Assembly (NCBI GenBank): GCA_043228905.1
Contig: JBHGNT010000006.1
Coordinates: forward strand, 6,510,001 to 6,574,000
From: Azolla caroliniana
Taxonomy: Eukaryota; Plantae; Polypodiophyta
Direction: 5' to 3'
Length of the DNA stretch: 64,000 bases
Positions within the stretch are counted from its first letter, which is position 1, and each line of letters starts with the position of its first letter. Below, piece by piece: positions 62,201 to 64,000 of this stretch. The position numbers were made by a program, and so were the translations under genes. A model generated the notes under the pieces. The model searched no databases. It was not told the origin of the DNA and saw only the letters and a program-made list of their open reading frames with translations.

Positions 62201-62247
62201 TCTTCTTCTTCTTCTTCTTCTTCTTCTTCTTCTTCTTCTTCTTCTTC
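62201..62247. repeat. (CTT)n microsatellite
   Basis: Directly visible. Confidence 0.95.
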
Positions 62248-64000
62248 CTTTTCCAAGACCCTTCTTAGTGTATTCATTGTTTTGTATGTCAAAAGGATGG
62301 GGATCATTTTCCTTAATCCAAGCAATCTACTCTCTCTTTTTCAGCTAGGGCTATAACTTTATCTTACAATCTGAGTGTTAGCAATAATATTTTGTCACTA
62401 TGCCCCGGAACATTCTTGTACACGACGGAATTAGCACAAGGCAAGATGCCAAAGAACGTTTGCTTCGATAATTGGGCTTTGTTTTCAGAAGTCTCCTTCG
62501 TTTCTATCATGTCATTGCCATCGATTACATTTTAATAACTTTGCGAGAATCTTGTGCTTGTTGCAAAATAAGGAACACCATGATACCACGTTCTTTGAAG
62601 ATCTTCTAAACAAATATTTGTGCTACATACAAAGATTTGTGCTACATTATTTATGAGCGGACAATCAAAAAAGTTGGGGAAGAATTTTGGCTGAAGACAA
62701 AGTTATATGGTAGTGACGTTTTTCAAGAGAGAGTGGATTATCACAAGAGTAACTATGGACTTCAAAAAGAAATCGTGGAAGTGCACACAGCATTAGAAAT
62801 TAATTGTAATTTTTTACATTGCATATTGTAACTTGTCCATAATACACCTTAAAGAGTGAAATAATCCTACACAAATTCCCTCTAGGATTTTAATCCAAAT
62901 TCAACATCACAAACCTAGAAAGGAGACCTTGAAAGCAAGAAGTTGAGATAAAAAAGCGAGGATATAATATCCAAAGTTGATGCTCATGTAACGATGTTGA
63001 TGGGTCCATTGCACAGGCCATGTTATTTGGCCTTTCATGCAAAGAGGATAACATAAAACTCATATGCTGTCTATCACAATAAATGAGACAATGTTCACGG
63101 AAAAGGATAAAAAGGACTGTAAATTATGTACCATCATTTGTTAAACTTTCCTCTAGATATTTATCCTTACCTAGTGAATTCAACTTAATAATGCTTAGAA
63201 GCGAGGTGATTGGTTGGCTAATTATCTTGTTTAATTCAAACATCAGCTAGAAAATGCTTCAAAAAGTATGCATTTAGGAGCTATTGTGGTGTCCATTGCA
63301 TTCAAATTGAATCGAATCTTCAAGTTTACCTACATGATTAGACCTCTAGTTATTTGCTTTAATCTATATCAAATTGCTAATGGCTCAAATTTATAAACCA
63401 AGTGATTAGTTGCCATTGAATAGTAGTGTTAATTGAATCTAGTTTTTAGAGAGAATCAAAAGTGCTTTAGAACCACTCAATGTTGTTGCTCGATCTAATC
63501 GATGGGAACTTGCTAAAGTACTCTTATATTATGCTCTAGCACGTAATATCTCAACGATATATTAGTACTCAATTATCCATATTATACGGTTCATATAACA
63601 TATATACACCACCTGTGCTAAATTTCCATTTGTTTAATCTCTAGTTACATAGAGAACAAAATTGAATATGAGAATTTTACAAATTACATAACATTAACAT
63701 GCTAGACAAGGCCTCATGGTTTTAGATCAATGTGAAAGTGGATGGAGTTTTAAGGATTTTTAAGTTAGAAATCCACAGGTTAAAAGGAGCATTTTAGACA
63801 TGTATCACAATTCTTCAAGAACGTATATATAAACTTTTGGATATCAACCACCACGAGAAGAAGACAAAGTAAATAGATTTGATCTAGAAATCATGGAAGT
63901 CTAAGCCATTTAAGCAATTGCCATGTCAATGAAGACACACACATACTCTTAACTTAATTATAAACTAGCACATGAGCTTTGGCCATATTCCAATGGAATA

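Noticed and set aside
62038-62356. Poly-Glu and poly-Ser ORFs
   Set aside because: They are translations of the (CTT)n microsatellite.

Overview
Eukaryotic DNA, most likely from a non-seed land plant (inferred from spliceosomal introns, plant-type Copia/Gypsy/L1 elements and a GPR1/FUN34/YaaH gene). There are two host genes: a 4-exon NRAMP metal transporter (9285-13072, +) and an intronless GPR1/FUN34/YaaH (Ady2/SatP-type) carboxylate transporter (61424-62026, +). Between them lies a 38.8-kb nested retrotransposon island bounded by one old Copia element (18204-56963, TSD GTTAC). It holds at least 3 more Copia copies, 2 solo LTRs, a Gypsy remnant with a ~928-codon extra ORF, and 4 copies of a tRNA-Trp-primed Gypsy group. 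The left end carries a decayed Sola-like DDD transposase, a chromovirus remnant, two fold-back elements and L1 fragments. The most interesting system is the tRNA-Trp-primed Gypsy group. (i) One family's LTRs carry an antisense tRNA-Asp(GTC)-like Pol III A/B-box cassette. (ii) All 5 visible insertions of the group are at 4-bp CpG-centred sites (NCGN). (iii) Two divergent families keep a -1 slippery site plus pseudoknot placed after the protease. (iv) A gag-only non-autonomous partner sits inside the LTR of its likely helper family. All coordinates were read by hand and no database searches were run.
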